Positions 1 through 11,767 of a stretch of 64,000 nucleotides of DNA are shown here, piece by piece. The DNA is from Azolla caroliniana (taxonomy: Eukaryota; Plantae; Polypodiophyta). A model generated the notes under the pieces. That model ran no database searches. It saw only the letters and a list, made by a program, of their open reading frames with translations, and had not been told where the DNA came from. The DNA lies in contig JBHGNT010000006.1 of the NCBI GenBank assembly GCA_043228905.1, positions 6,634,001 to 6,698,000 of the forward strand, given 5' to 3'. Position 1 is the stretch's first letter; every line of letters starts with the position of its first letter. Position numbers and translations under genes: made by a program.

Positions 1-271
1 TGACATGTGTGAGACTCTTCATGAAGTTATAATGGCTGTAATTCTTAATTACTATTTGTATAATGCCACAGGTTTATTGCATCTCTCACTTCTCCTCGAA
101 TTGATTTTGTATTACTTCTAATTATTTTTTCAAATGCTTAGGACACAAAATTCTTGTTTCAAACTCAGATGCTTTTACCAGTACTCATTATTTTGTAGAC
201 TTATATTTATTCGCATATCTATTTTCTGGGCAATGTCCTGATGGAGCTGATGAAGATTCAATTTATTACAG

Positions 272-3234
272 GTCTATGATAGAAGAGAGATGTCCACTGC
301 AGTAGATGAACTACACAAACTTGTTGTGAATTTCCTGAAGGAAACTAGTAAACGAATTGATGAAGATATGTCTGTTTTGCATAATGAAGACGAGATAAGC
401 ACTGCTATTGATAGCATATTTCCAAGAACAGGATTTCTTTGTTGGATGAATCTGTCAGATGTTGAAAAAGCCACACAAATGCTCGAGCTCTCTAATATTG
501 TGCCTGGTATCCGTGCATATAATAGGTGTGTAACTGTAGCCATATTTTAAAAGCATAGCTATTGTTTATTACTGTTATCCTATCATGGGGTTTTATTATG
601 ATTGCTCAAATTTCTTGTCTGAGCTAAGAACTTCGCTCTTCAGATTGAAAGGGAAAAGCCATACTGTCTGCCAGGATATCTTTCATATTTTTGACAATGA
701 AGTCCAAAGTCTAAAGAATACAGTGGAAGATGAGTTTAAAAATATCACCGAAAGATCAGTTTCATATGCAAAATTTCTTACGTCACATATTGATAATTTG
801 GGCACTCATCATGTGTTGATTCAGCGGCTGCGTGATGAACTCAATTATGACTTACAGTTATCCTCATTCTTCCAAGATATCCGTACTGTCATAATGGAGA
901 TGCATCTTAAAATGGAAAAACTATCTGAAAAATTCTGCGAACAACTGGAAATCCTTGAAGCCACAATTGGTTCACAAACATGTGTTCCCAATGAGTTTGT
1001 ATGCATTTTATTAGAAGAAAAAGAAAGTAGTAATGGAAATGAACTTGTCCATTTGCCACTAGAACCCTTTCTCCACTCCTATGGTATGTCTTAAGAATTT
1101 GTGTGGTTTCTGATTTAGGTCTTTCCAGAGTTCCAAAGTGTTGGTTTGTTGCAAAGAAGTGCATCAAAAGAGCTAAGGAGATTAAGGGTTCAAACGGAAA
1201 TAGTACAAGAACTATGTACATTATCGAAAAAACCAGCATTTGAGAGAACTCCAGTTGGTTTAGCTAGCATCACAACAGATTGTGGCTTTTCAAAACTGGA
1301 AATAATTGTGGATAACTGTGGCTTTTTACCACCTAATATGTATACAACTAATGCTGCTCAGGTAATTATTGGAAAATCACTGTGTGCAAGAGCATGAAAT
1401 TTAATGTTGCCTCTTGATGTGGTTCTTAGTCATCCCTGTAGTTCCATCTCCTCCCATTTATCTACATTTTATCTTTATCCTATGAAATGTGTTAGGGAAA
1501 AACTCCACATTATTTAGGGAATACAGTTATTTCCCCATACATCCCCCAAAATTTGTTGCTGTTTCCCAGATCGACCTTAGCCTCCTCTTTAGAGAGAAAA
1601 AGTGGTTGAATAAACTCCCCAAAACCCATATTTTCCTTCATTTCCCCAAATTATTCTGGTCAACTGTCCCCAGCAACAGCTCCCATTTATCTACATTTTA
1701 TCTTTATCCTATGAAATGTGTTAGGGAAAAACTCCACATTATTTAGGGAATACAGTTATTTCCCCATACATCCCCCAAAATTTGTTGCTGTTTCCCAGAT
1801 CGACCTTAGCCTCCTCTCTAGAGAGAAAAAGTGGTTGAATCGAGATATAATTGCTCAAATAGCTCTTAAAACTGTTGCTGGGGACAGTTGACCAGAATAA
1901 TTTGGGGAAATGAAGGAAAATATGGGGTTTGGGGAGTTTATTCCCAATTATTTTGTGGCCTAATTTTCTGCAGTGTTATGTCACATTGTTTTTTACTCAT
2001 CTGAATAGAGTTTAATTATTTTTCTAAATAGGTTGGATCAAACTGTAATGATGTTCCAAGGGAAAGAAACAATTTCACTACAAATGCTATTGTCGTAAAA
2101 GATCTAGGGATGGAAGGCGTAAGACTTCAACTAAATGGATATTGCCTAATAACTATTCTGAAGAAAGGCGGGCTTCTTTTATATGGAGATCCCAAGGCAG
2201 GAATAGCTCAAGTTGGAGAGAATAGTTTTTTGTTTGCTAATACAGATTGTTTGAATGAGTATGCTAGCTGTTTAGTTTCGAATGTAAAATATGTTGGGAA
2301 AAACTCTATATACCCCTGAGTTCTTTATTTGCTAAAATGCCATGGTGTTTTCTTTAGTTTCTCAAATTCCCTTGGTCAAACCCCTCTCTAGCTATTATAT
2401 AGTATTTATGAACTGTCATATGCTTACATCAGTCTTTCTCTGTTTTTCTTGGGGTGTCCAGAGTCAATTTGACAAATAACAAAAACTTAAGGACATTTGT
2501 GGGAATATAAGAAATTGGGGTATATATGAGTTTCTCCCAATTAACTTTGCTTCTCTGTATGGACCTGAGTTGAACCTATTTGTGTAAAGTTTATGCTTGC
2601 AGGTTTGTAAAAGCACCTAATGAATTGTGGGCCGCGCTAGAGACAATTGTAACTATGAGGCCTCAATTAATTAACATTCTTGGTCTCCAAAGAGAACCAA
2701 AGTTCATGCCACTTGGGATACCAAATGTAATTTAAACAACTACAATAATTTAGTCTCTTAAGTCTAGAATGATTAACAGTGTAGTACAGTTTGCCTTTAA
2801 GACTGTTATATCCATGCATCATATCCTTTTCTGTAATTCTATAGAACACAGTAATTTGTTTCTTTTATATTTTGTATTGCAAGAGAGTGTGTATGATTCC
2901 CACTTGAACTAGTTCTACCCTCTACTGAACTGTGCAAGTTCTATTCATTATGCTTGTTAGTTGCTTTTTAAAGAGAAGTATATTTTATATCTTTTTGTGA
3001 TTAAGGGAAGTTTATTACCATTAGTAATGTTGGTAAACTAATGTCGGTAAACAGTAAAAGAATGTCCAAAATTATAATTCTCAAAGATGAGTGACTTATT
3101 TAAAAACTTGTTTTTATTATTATACAGATCTTGGAACTTGTCAACAAACATCCACTGAAACAGGAGTTCTCAACTCAAACTGCATTGCACATTCAACCTG
3201 CACATGTGTTTGATGAAGAAACTTTCTTTAAAAG
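272..3234 (+). CDS. CFAP206: Cilia- and flagella-associated protein 206-like (partial, multi-exon)
   Basis: Phase-compatible GT-AG exons at 272-525, 644-998, 1119-1361, 2032-2258, 2603-2726 and 3128-3234 splice into one open frame. The product has CFAP206-like blocks in order: AIDSIFP..ELSNIVPGIRAYNR, VPNEF|VFPEF, LQLNGYCLITILKKGGLLLYGDPKAG, FVKAPNEL..PQLINILGLQ and STQTALH. The 5' end and last exon(s) were not located. Confidence 0.75.
1451..1942. repeat. Intronic direct duplication with an inserted inverted segment
   Basis: 1451-1611 matches 1680-1840 (161 bp, 1 mismatch). 1609-1679 is the reverse complement of 1872-1942 (71 bp, 1 mismatch). Confidence 0.95.
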
Positions 3235-5499
3235 GTACGTAGAAAAACATCTATTTGTCGTGTATAAAACTGTAGAGCCTATTTTATTGGATCGTCAAAC
3301 ATGCAGTTTCATGGTCACTTTTCTTTTCTTTAAAATTTCTCAGTATTGTCATGCTATTTTCTTTAAAAATTTTACTTCAATTGTCATGCTAGTTTCTAAT
3401 TGGGCAAATTTTAGTTTAGCTCATCCATTATGGTTAGTACTATAAATGTCCATTGGAAGCTGTCATCCCAAAACTCTGGACAACCACAATAGATACCAAA
3501 ACTTGCTAACATATCCGAAATACTGTTAATTACAAATTCGATCAATTTATACATGCAATAAGGTTATGCTTGCTATAGAAGAACATTACATTGTCTTACA
3601 ATAATTGAAAGCTTATCCTTTTGTGAAAAGCAATGGAAAATTGCTTGTTACAGAGACTTGTATAATGAAAACCAAAGGCTCATCGTTTTTTGTTGTATGA
3701 GGTGGAAAATATTCTTTAATGAGTTCATTTCAGCCAGTCAAATAGTGCATGTGCTTCATCATCCGCTACTTCCATGTTGGAAAGCTGACATGCCCTTTCA
3801 TGCCATGATAAGAGAGATGAGCTAGATTGACTTGGAGTCTCCATTGTCATCATCACTTGCCATGTTATGTCCCCTGTAACTTATATCCTATTACTTGTGG
3901 TCTCCATTGCCATCAGCATTCGTCTGCTTGATCTATGGTGTCTCCTTGGCATGTTGTCAGTGGAAGTACGGAACTGTGGAAGAAATCAATGATGTGCAAG
4001 TGTTGTGGCATCCTGCATGCCAATATAACGTTTTGGCCAAAGTGTTGTGAGTATAATGAGCAACATTTGGCCAAAGTGTTGTGAGTATATTGATGATATA
4101 TCGACCCAGAGTGCTTCATCTCAAGAAAAAACTCCAATAATCTTTCTATCTCTAAAATGAATAGGCTTAGTCTACAGACGGTGACCAACATGACCTCTGA
4201 GATTAAAAGGTCTTGCATTCAATGCTCTAGGTTCTGCTGTGGCATCTGCAAGTGTTAATAAAAACTTGGTTCACAACTTGGATATAGCCTTACTACTTGG
4301 AGAGAGAGAGTGGATATCATATTTCATCTATTGTAGTTTATACTTTCGTAATTAGTACATTACTATTTGAGAGAGAGAAAGAGAGAGCATTTTCTATGTA
4401 GAGCCCTACAACTTTCAAGTAAGAGAACCCATAGTACTCAAACAATTTCAAGTCACTTTCATAGAGACGCATTTTCACAGGTGTGCTTCTTATGAGCTCA
4501 TGTCGTAGCATCTATTTATGTTCTCATGCAAGGTAATGTAATGGTATGTCAATTGATATTTTTAGGTTTGGTTACCTCGAGATAAATCTACACAAAGTTT
4601 GTTTGCCAAAGGAACTACTATGCCAAAGAAGCTAAAGCTCTTTGAAAATCTTAGGGGACCACCTCACTTCAAGTTCAAGGTTTTGGACATCATTCTAGAT
4701 GTTTAGTGTATGTGGATCCACAAGGAAACTTTTTTGTGTTTGCTAGCACAATAACAAGGTAAAAATAAAACCTTAAGAAATTCCACGAAATAGGTTCAAA
4801 GTTTAATACTTCCAATCGATTTACTCCACAAATGTACACTAATTGCTGGGACTATTTTGTAGTTTAGCATTATAGGAGGGATGTGAATGATTTCCATTTA
4901 GACCTATGTTTGTGATTGTTTTGTTTTGTAGCGAAGGATCAAATGTCCATATCATAGCCAAGGATTGGCATTCAAGTTTACCTTGTATCATGGAAAGGCA
5001 CTTTAATATATACAACTTTTTTAGACAACGATATGTGTAAGCTTAGACACATTCAAAAACAAATGATTGGGGATAAATGCATTACCCTTATTTTTCCTAA
5101 TGTAAAATCCACCACCATCTCTTTGCACAAAACCCTCACAATTTAAATGTGCTCAATTTTGGAGAATTGAAAGGGGAAACATGTTGAGAATTATGGTGCC
5201 ATATCTCTTATGGACTTTTCTATGTGTTATCAGAACTTATATTATCTATCAAATGCAAGAAGGGTAATGTGTTGTGGTTCTCTTGCATATATGCCCCCTT
5301 TGCAATTGGAGATGTGTATGGGGCTTTACAAATTTGACTCTTCAAAAGATCGGAGATTTTCATTGCATGAAGGCTGAAATGCTCAAATGGATAGAAAGGG
5401 AACATGGCATGGACAAGTGATATGTTTAATCATGCTTTGCTACATGGCATCTCCTAAATTATACGTTGAATCAAACTTTTACATGAAGATGGAGATATA

Positions 5500-7200
5500 A
5501 ATAATTATCTAACAATTAAGGTTGGCTCACGTATGATAAAACTCTTTGGATGTATAATGGAATCAAAGGTAAGTGCATGGGTCCGGAAATTGGTAAAGAG
5601 GGCTTACACACAAGTTGGCTTTCGAAAGCACCATACTACCACCCTTACAGTATTAATGGAAGAAAGTTGTTTTAGAGGTAAGGGTTTATAATGTTGTTTT
5701 ATAGACTTAAAGAAAGCTTTTGATGTGGTACTTCCTTAGTATCTTTGGAGGGGCATTGAAGAAATTTAGGGGCCAAATGTTTGTGTGCTTGCAATTTCTT
5801 GAATCTATGAGAAATTATATACATTTTAGATTTTTTTAATGGCATAATTAGTGTTGAGTAAGGGTCAATAGGTACTATTTCTCACCAAGTCCATTTAGTC
5901 TACACATTGATGAATTAGAACATGTGTGTCAAGTTTGTTAAGGAAGAAGACATTGAAGAAGTTGCCATTAGGAATGTTGTTATCATGTTTTATTATATGC
6001 AAGATATTATGGTGTTTTTTGCAAATACTTTAGAAGATGAACAAAAACATACGAGGGCATTGGAAGAGTTTCACGTATATACAAAGTTAAATGTCAATGA
6101 CTTTAAAGATAATGATAATGCTTGTGAAGAGCCAAAATAAGGATAAACCATGCATTATGTTTAATAATGAGTCACTTGATATTGTGGAAAGCTTTAAATA
6201 CAGTGGCATTGAAGTTCTCTCAAATTTAGAATGGATATAGTGTTTGTCACTTAGAGGTATGAAAGAGATCGTGCATTTGAGGACACTGGTTTGTGGATAA
6301 ATAGAGCAAACACATAATGCATTTAAATGTTGGGTCTTTAGGAAATACCTTTTTGGTACTTGATATCAACGCCTCTCTATAGTGTGGCAACATTCCTAAT
6401 TTCGCCTAGAAAGAGTTTGAAAAGTTTAGAAGTGTTTCTCTAAGTTAAGAAACAAATTCTATACAACCTCCTACATCTTGAGATGAGATCACTTCCCATT
6501 AAGATCATGATCATGGAAAGTGTTGTTGAGTTTATGCTTAAGGTTCAAAAAGTCCCTCACAATGACTTCCTAGAATCTCATGAGAAGTAAGAAAAAGATC
6601 TAAAAGACACATAAAAGCAAATGTTTGTGTTATGATTAAAAGCAAGATATGAAAAAATGGTTTGGAAGAAGCAATACAATAGATTTGCTTCATGATGCAT
6701 CAATAGATTTCTTTGTGAACAAGGTCATTTGTAACGCTAATGTATCGTGAGATGGGGGGAAATGTGGTGATTCATACTTCACACATTATACTACATATGT
6801 TGCAATTAACTATAAAACCATATTCTTTGTTGAACGAGGAATATGTGAACATCGATATGTGGTAGAGCCCATCACATTATTTCCCATCCGAACCATTGCT
6901 TCCATATAAATAAGTTCACAAAGGCGTTGGGAGTCGGGACATAGGTGATGAGACTAGTTGATTATGCAAACTTTGCTATAATCAAGTTCAAAATTTTAGG
7001 TATCACACTTCCATACAATGCTCTAGCTTTGATCACATTTGATTATGGTTTCCCCACACCGTCAAACCAAACCAATCCCTGTAGAAATTTCTCACATTTA
7101 CAATGTGCATTCTCAATTGCAACATTCATTAGTAAAGTTCTTGGACATCAAGAGTTTGTCTCTCTCTGCTTCAATGTATGAATACCCCTTCTTAGGAAGG
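5500..7200 (+). mobile_element. Degenerate non-LTR retrotransposon (LINE) reverse transcriptase remnant
   Basis: 5692-5730 translates CCFIDLKKAFDVV, the LINE RT DxxKAFD motif. It is preceded by a QVGFRK-like block and followed by a decayed YADD region (ORF 5922-6140). Many stops and frameshifts; boundaries approximate. Confidence 0.7.
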
Positions 7201-7829
7201 AGACCCATATCAAGAACACATGTATACTCTGGTCCCATAGGTCAAAATTGGCCTCTTTATGGACGATTCCAATTCTAATTTTAATTCTCTCTCTCTTACA
7301 CACACACAATCCAACTTAATTTATTCCATTGGATAGAATTGTATCTTTTGGTTATTTACATCAATTGTTATTCACAAAGGATGTTATGAAATGCTCACTC
7401 TTGTGATCTACAATTGTATCCTAATTTAGTTATTTCCATCAATTTGCCATTCACATAAAAAGGGATGCTATGAAATGTTCACTCTTTGTGATCTATTGGG
7501 CGGTGCCCATTATGTATACTGATATTGTACAACCAAGAATGTGTATATGATGGTTTGCACAAATGATTCTTCTATGTTTGTATATCATTAACCTTTTTTA
7601 AGATCATGCTTCATATTACTTCACATTACTTAAGGAGATAGAGCCAAGAATTGCATGATTGTCTGAGAGATTGCTTAAAGAAGAAGAATTAATTGAAATA
7701 GAGTCAATTGAAGATTGTATGGTTATATGACATCATATAGTCCATAAATCCCATAAGTTTATCCAATTGAGAAATTCGATTAATTGTTAGGTGAATCTAG
7801 GAACAAGATAAAATGTCCAAAAGCTCTTT

Positions 7830-7880
7830 CCTAAATGAAGTAACCTACCAACAAGGAGTTGATCACACTTTTGCTTCTAA
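7830..7880 (+). mobile_element. Possible Copia RT remnant
   Basis: From 7849 it reads QQGVDHTFAS, resembling the Copia QxxGIDYxETFAP motif. Very short and decayed. Confidence 0.3.
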
Positions 7881-8942
7881 ACTACAAAATTGAATAGAGT
7901 TTTAATGTGGATGGTCTTTGTTGCAATTCATTATGGAATGATCAATCGACTCCACTCCATCCAATATTGGAGAAACATCATGAGTATAAATTCTCATTGA
8001 ATCCGCCCAAAATATATATTGATCTGGGTGAGGCACAATGTAGGTAATATACTATCTAAAGTATGGATGTAGAGCAAGACCATTTGGATCCCGAATTAGA
8101 AAAGAGTGGGTTTGGTGGCATTATCGACAAAAGGTTTGGGGATCAAATAGTGGATTACTTGGCACATGTTTGGGCTTGTAAGGATCCCTTGTCTTTACTT
8201 TAGGCTTTTTTTGTGTGTGTATATCTTTCGTTTATGTTGTGTGCGCTCATGAGGTTCTGTGTTAATGTGTACATAAATCTTAGTTTTTAAACACTTGTAG
8301 TTGTAAATCTGTGTGTGACTTTGTGTTTATGTGAGCATTTTTTTATATATTAGTAGATGTCATGAGTGAAAACAATGTACAATGTGTGAGCCAACAATTC
8401 ATTGGGTAGTTGAAAGTTTGAAATGTCCAACCCCAATTGGATTTGGTGTCTTTATTGCACTTATGGGTGTGAGATTAGCATTAGACACCCTTATTATGAC
8501 GTGGTGGGCCCATAGGTAGAAAATGGATAAAAAGGGGGTTTATCTACAATTATTAAAAAATATAAATATTTGAAAAGATAAATGTAATAAATAAAAATGG
8601 TTAGTTTTGTGGTTAAGGTTATTGATTAAACATAAGATGTATAAAGTCTGAGTCTCTCTTATTGTTTATTAAAGAAATATTATTTTTCTTCGGTAATTTC
8701 TTCTTTACCATCATCATCATCTCCTTCTTCTTATTCTTCTACTCAAGTGTAGCATCGTTTAGTACCTTGATTCCTATGTTTGCGTCGACTTCGCTTGTTC
8801 ACGTCGACTCCTTCATTAGCATTGAATTCATCGCTCGCCTTAACTCCTTTGTTCGTGGCATTGCATATGTTTGCATCATTTACTACGTTTATGTTATCAC
8901 CATGCAAGGAGAACAATGAACCGGTTTAGGTTCCCCGTGGTT

Positions 8943-9472
8943 CCGCTCGAGTAGCAAACATACACGCGTTTTTATGCGACACTGCATAGACATTGCCATA
9001 TTGCCTAGTAGCTAGGTCATTTTCTCTTTGTGAAGTTCCACATTAGCTCACCACTTCACTCTTTGCTTATTGCATTGAGTGATTCCTCGTTGTTGAGATT
9101 GATTTGGTTTGCTTTGGTCCCGCTCGAGTAGCAAACAAACACGCGTTTTTATGTGACCCTGCATAGACATTGCCATCTTGCCTGGTAGCTAGCTCATTTT
9201 CTCTTTGCGAAGTTCCACATTAGCTCACCACTTCACTCTTTGCTTGTTGCATTGAGTGGTTCCTCATTGTTGATCTTGATTTGGTTTGCTTTGGTCCCGC
9301 TTGAGTAGCAAACATACACGCATTTTTATGCGACACTGCATAGACATTGCCATCTTGCCTGATAGCTAGCTCATTTTCTCTTTGCGAAGTTCCACATTAG
9401 CTCACCACTTCACTCTTTGGTTGTTGCATTGAGTGATTCCTCGTTGTTGATCTTGATTTGGTTTGCTTTGGT
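8943..9472. repeat. Tandem repeat, 3 x 177 bp
   Basis: The unit ccgc(t/c)..gagtagcaaac..ttggtttgctttggt starts at 8943, 9120 and 9297, with few substitutions. Confidence 0.95.
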
Positions 9473-11085
9473 TCTCCACTCTACCTCGCCACCTAGATGT
9501 GAATTTCTTCATAATGTTTGGCTAAATTGCATCCAATGTTGTCAAATGAACAAACCATACAACTCTTCGGCTTGAGCATGCCCACACTTAACTTATTAGG
9601 AGAACCAACCAAGGATTACATAGAAATCTAAATACTAATGGTATTGGAAGTATTGCACGAGTTCTAGGAGTGTGATTGTCCCCTGAAGAACAAGTGGCCT
9701 TGCCCTGTAGGGCACTTTTACATTCAACACCTAGCTCCCCAATAAGACTTTCTCAACACAACCTATGTGGTAGAAGCAACTACTCTAGATCGGGTATGCC
9801 AACCAAAAGAATTAACCCACCTCTTGACTTTGTTTAGCTTCTCACAATAACTATTAGAGGAAGCTTCATTTGGTTCCCCGTAGAGAGTAGGCAAGGCTAA
9901 GGTTGCCTCCACACACAACCCTGTCCACGATTGGGTCCCCTCGAAGTCACTACCTCTATTCACACTATCGAAGGGGGCCCCTCTAGCAAATCACCTGCAT
10001 TTCCCCCATAAATGAAGATTAAACATGCACCCATCACCAATGACATGGGTAATTTGTACACTCAACTAACTTCAAATGATAGATAGGCGCTCCTAATGAC
10101 ACCATCCAGTGTACCACAAAGTTCTAAGCTATTGCTCCAACGAATGTTCCAAATCACCCTTGACCTACATGAAATCATTTTGGCCTTGGGTAAGTCATCC
10201 ACAAACCCCATGCCATAACAACTTGTCCATGCATACACGTTGAGGACAAACCTTGGATTTTCTGAGGTTGACTTTTAACCTAGCTACAATTCTATATGTA
10301 TGCAAAGTGTCCCCAATGATCCACATATTGTGTTGTATAGGCCCCAATTGAGAAATTGAATGCATGTAAACCTAGGAAAAGACCAACTTGAACAAATTTA
10401 TGTTTAGTGTAAAGGCATGCAAGAGTGCACTTAGTGGATATAACTTTGTCTTATTGATTATAATAATGTCCATACATCTATGAAATATTTATCAAGAATG
10501 TATGCCATTGAGTTGTCTTGGTATGTCCAATGGATGGCCTTCAACATTTCCTGTCGAAAGTCCCGACTCCCAATCACATAATTGTCGATTGTATAAGGTC
10601 CCATTTCATGGTGTCAAAGAGACATTTCTATATAAATTTGCATAGTCAATATAATCTTGATATGTGTATCTTGCATAATCCAATCCAAGCATTTGCAAAC
10701 ATTCTTAGTGATATGTATATGAAGCGTCGATAAATCTCTATCAGATCATTCACATGGACTCCTTTCCATGGTGGTTCCTTGATTCTACTTGGCTTTAGCA
10801 TTTTGGCCACTAGCTTGTAAAACGAGAGGCGTCATGTTGGGCATTACAAAAAACGAATATATGAACATGATGGGCGTAGTGAGGATTTGTGATCATGCGA
10901 GCTTGTTTGTTAAGTATGATGGTTAACCTCATAACCAGCTTAATTTAGCGTCTTAATCTTAGTTTTTCCTTAAATCAGCAAAGAGAAAGAGGTAATACAC
11001 AATTAATTATGAAGGAGAGGATTGGATCGGATGGATTAGGATAGGATTTCTTTATTTTTTGAAACAATTTGCGGGAAAACAATGA

Positions 11086-11635
11086 ATGTTTCCTCATTCA
11101 TTCAATTCCCCTGTTTCTTCAATCCTCCCTTTCTTCTCTGTTTCTTCTTCTTCTTCTTCTTCTTACTTAATTCCTCTGTTTCTTCATCTTCATTTCGTTC
11201 CTCTGTTTTTCTTCATCCTCCTCCTTATTAATTCCTCTGTCTCTTGTTCTTCTTCTTCTTCTTTTGCTTCCTCTGTTTCTTCTTCTTCTTCTTCTTCTTA
11301 CTTCTGGCTTCCTCTGTTTCTTCTTCTTACTTCCTCTGTTTTCTTCTTCTTCTTGTTTCTTGCTTCCTCTGCTTATTAATTACTGGCACTCCTCCTCCTC
11401 CTCCTTCCTAATTCCTCTTTTCTTATTCTTGTTATTAATTCCTCTGTTTCTTCTGCTTCTTCCTAATTCCTCTGTTTCTTCTTCTTGTTCTTCTTAATTC
11501 CTCAATTTCTTCTTCTTCTTCGTTCATTTCATTCTCCCGTCTCTTTTTTCATTCAGTTTTATTCCTCTGTTTCTTCTTTTTCTTCTTCGTTCATTTCATT
11601 CTTCTGTCGCTTCTTCTTATTTTTTCATTCTTCTC
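11086..11635. repeat. Pyrimidine-rich low-complexity minisatellite upstream of WAP
   Basis: Recurrent ttcctctgtttc(ttc)n units. The overlapping S/F/L-rich ORFs are artefacts of this repeat. Confidence 0.85.
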
Positions 11636-11767
11636 CTAAAGATACTCATGGAGGAGCTTCCTTTCTTCCTTCCTTTTCCGCAGAGAAGCCTCGACACCCC
11701 TGCATACTCTGTGAACTCACTCTTGGCATAGAAGAAGGGTCGAATCCTACAAATCCTGTGAAAAAAC

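Noticed and set aside
1378-1975. CACTA/CACTG element (CACTG..CAGTG ends)
   Set aside because: The inverted match is only 5 bp and there is no 3-bp TSD.
8943-9472. CRISPR-like array (also considered for 39753-39850 and 52108-52434)
   Set aside because: The units are contiguous with no unique spacers, the context is eukaryotic, and there are no cas genes.
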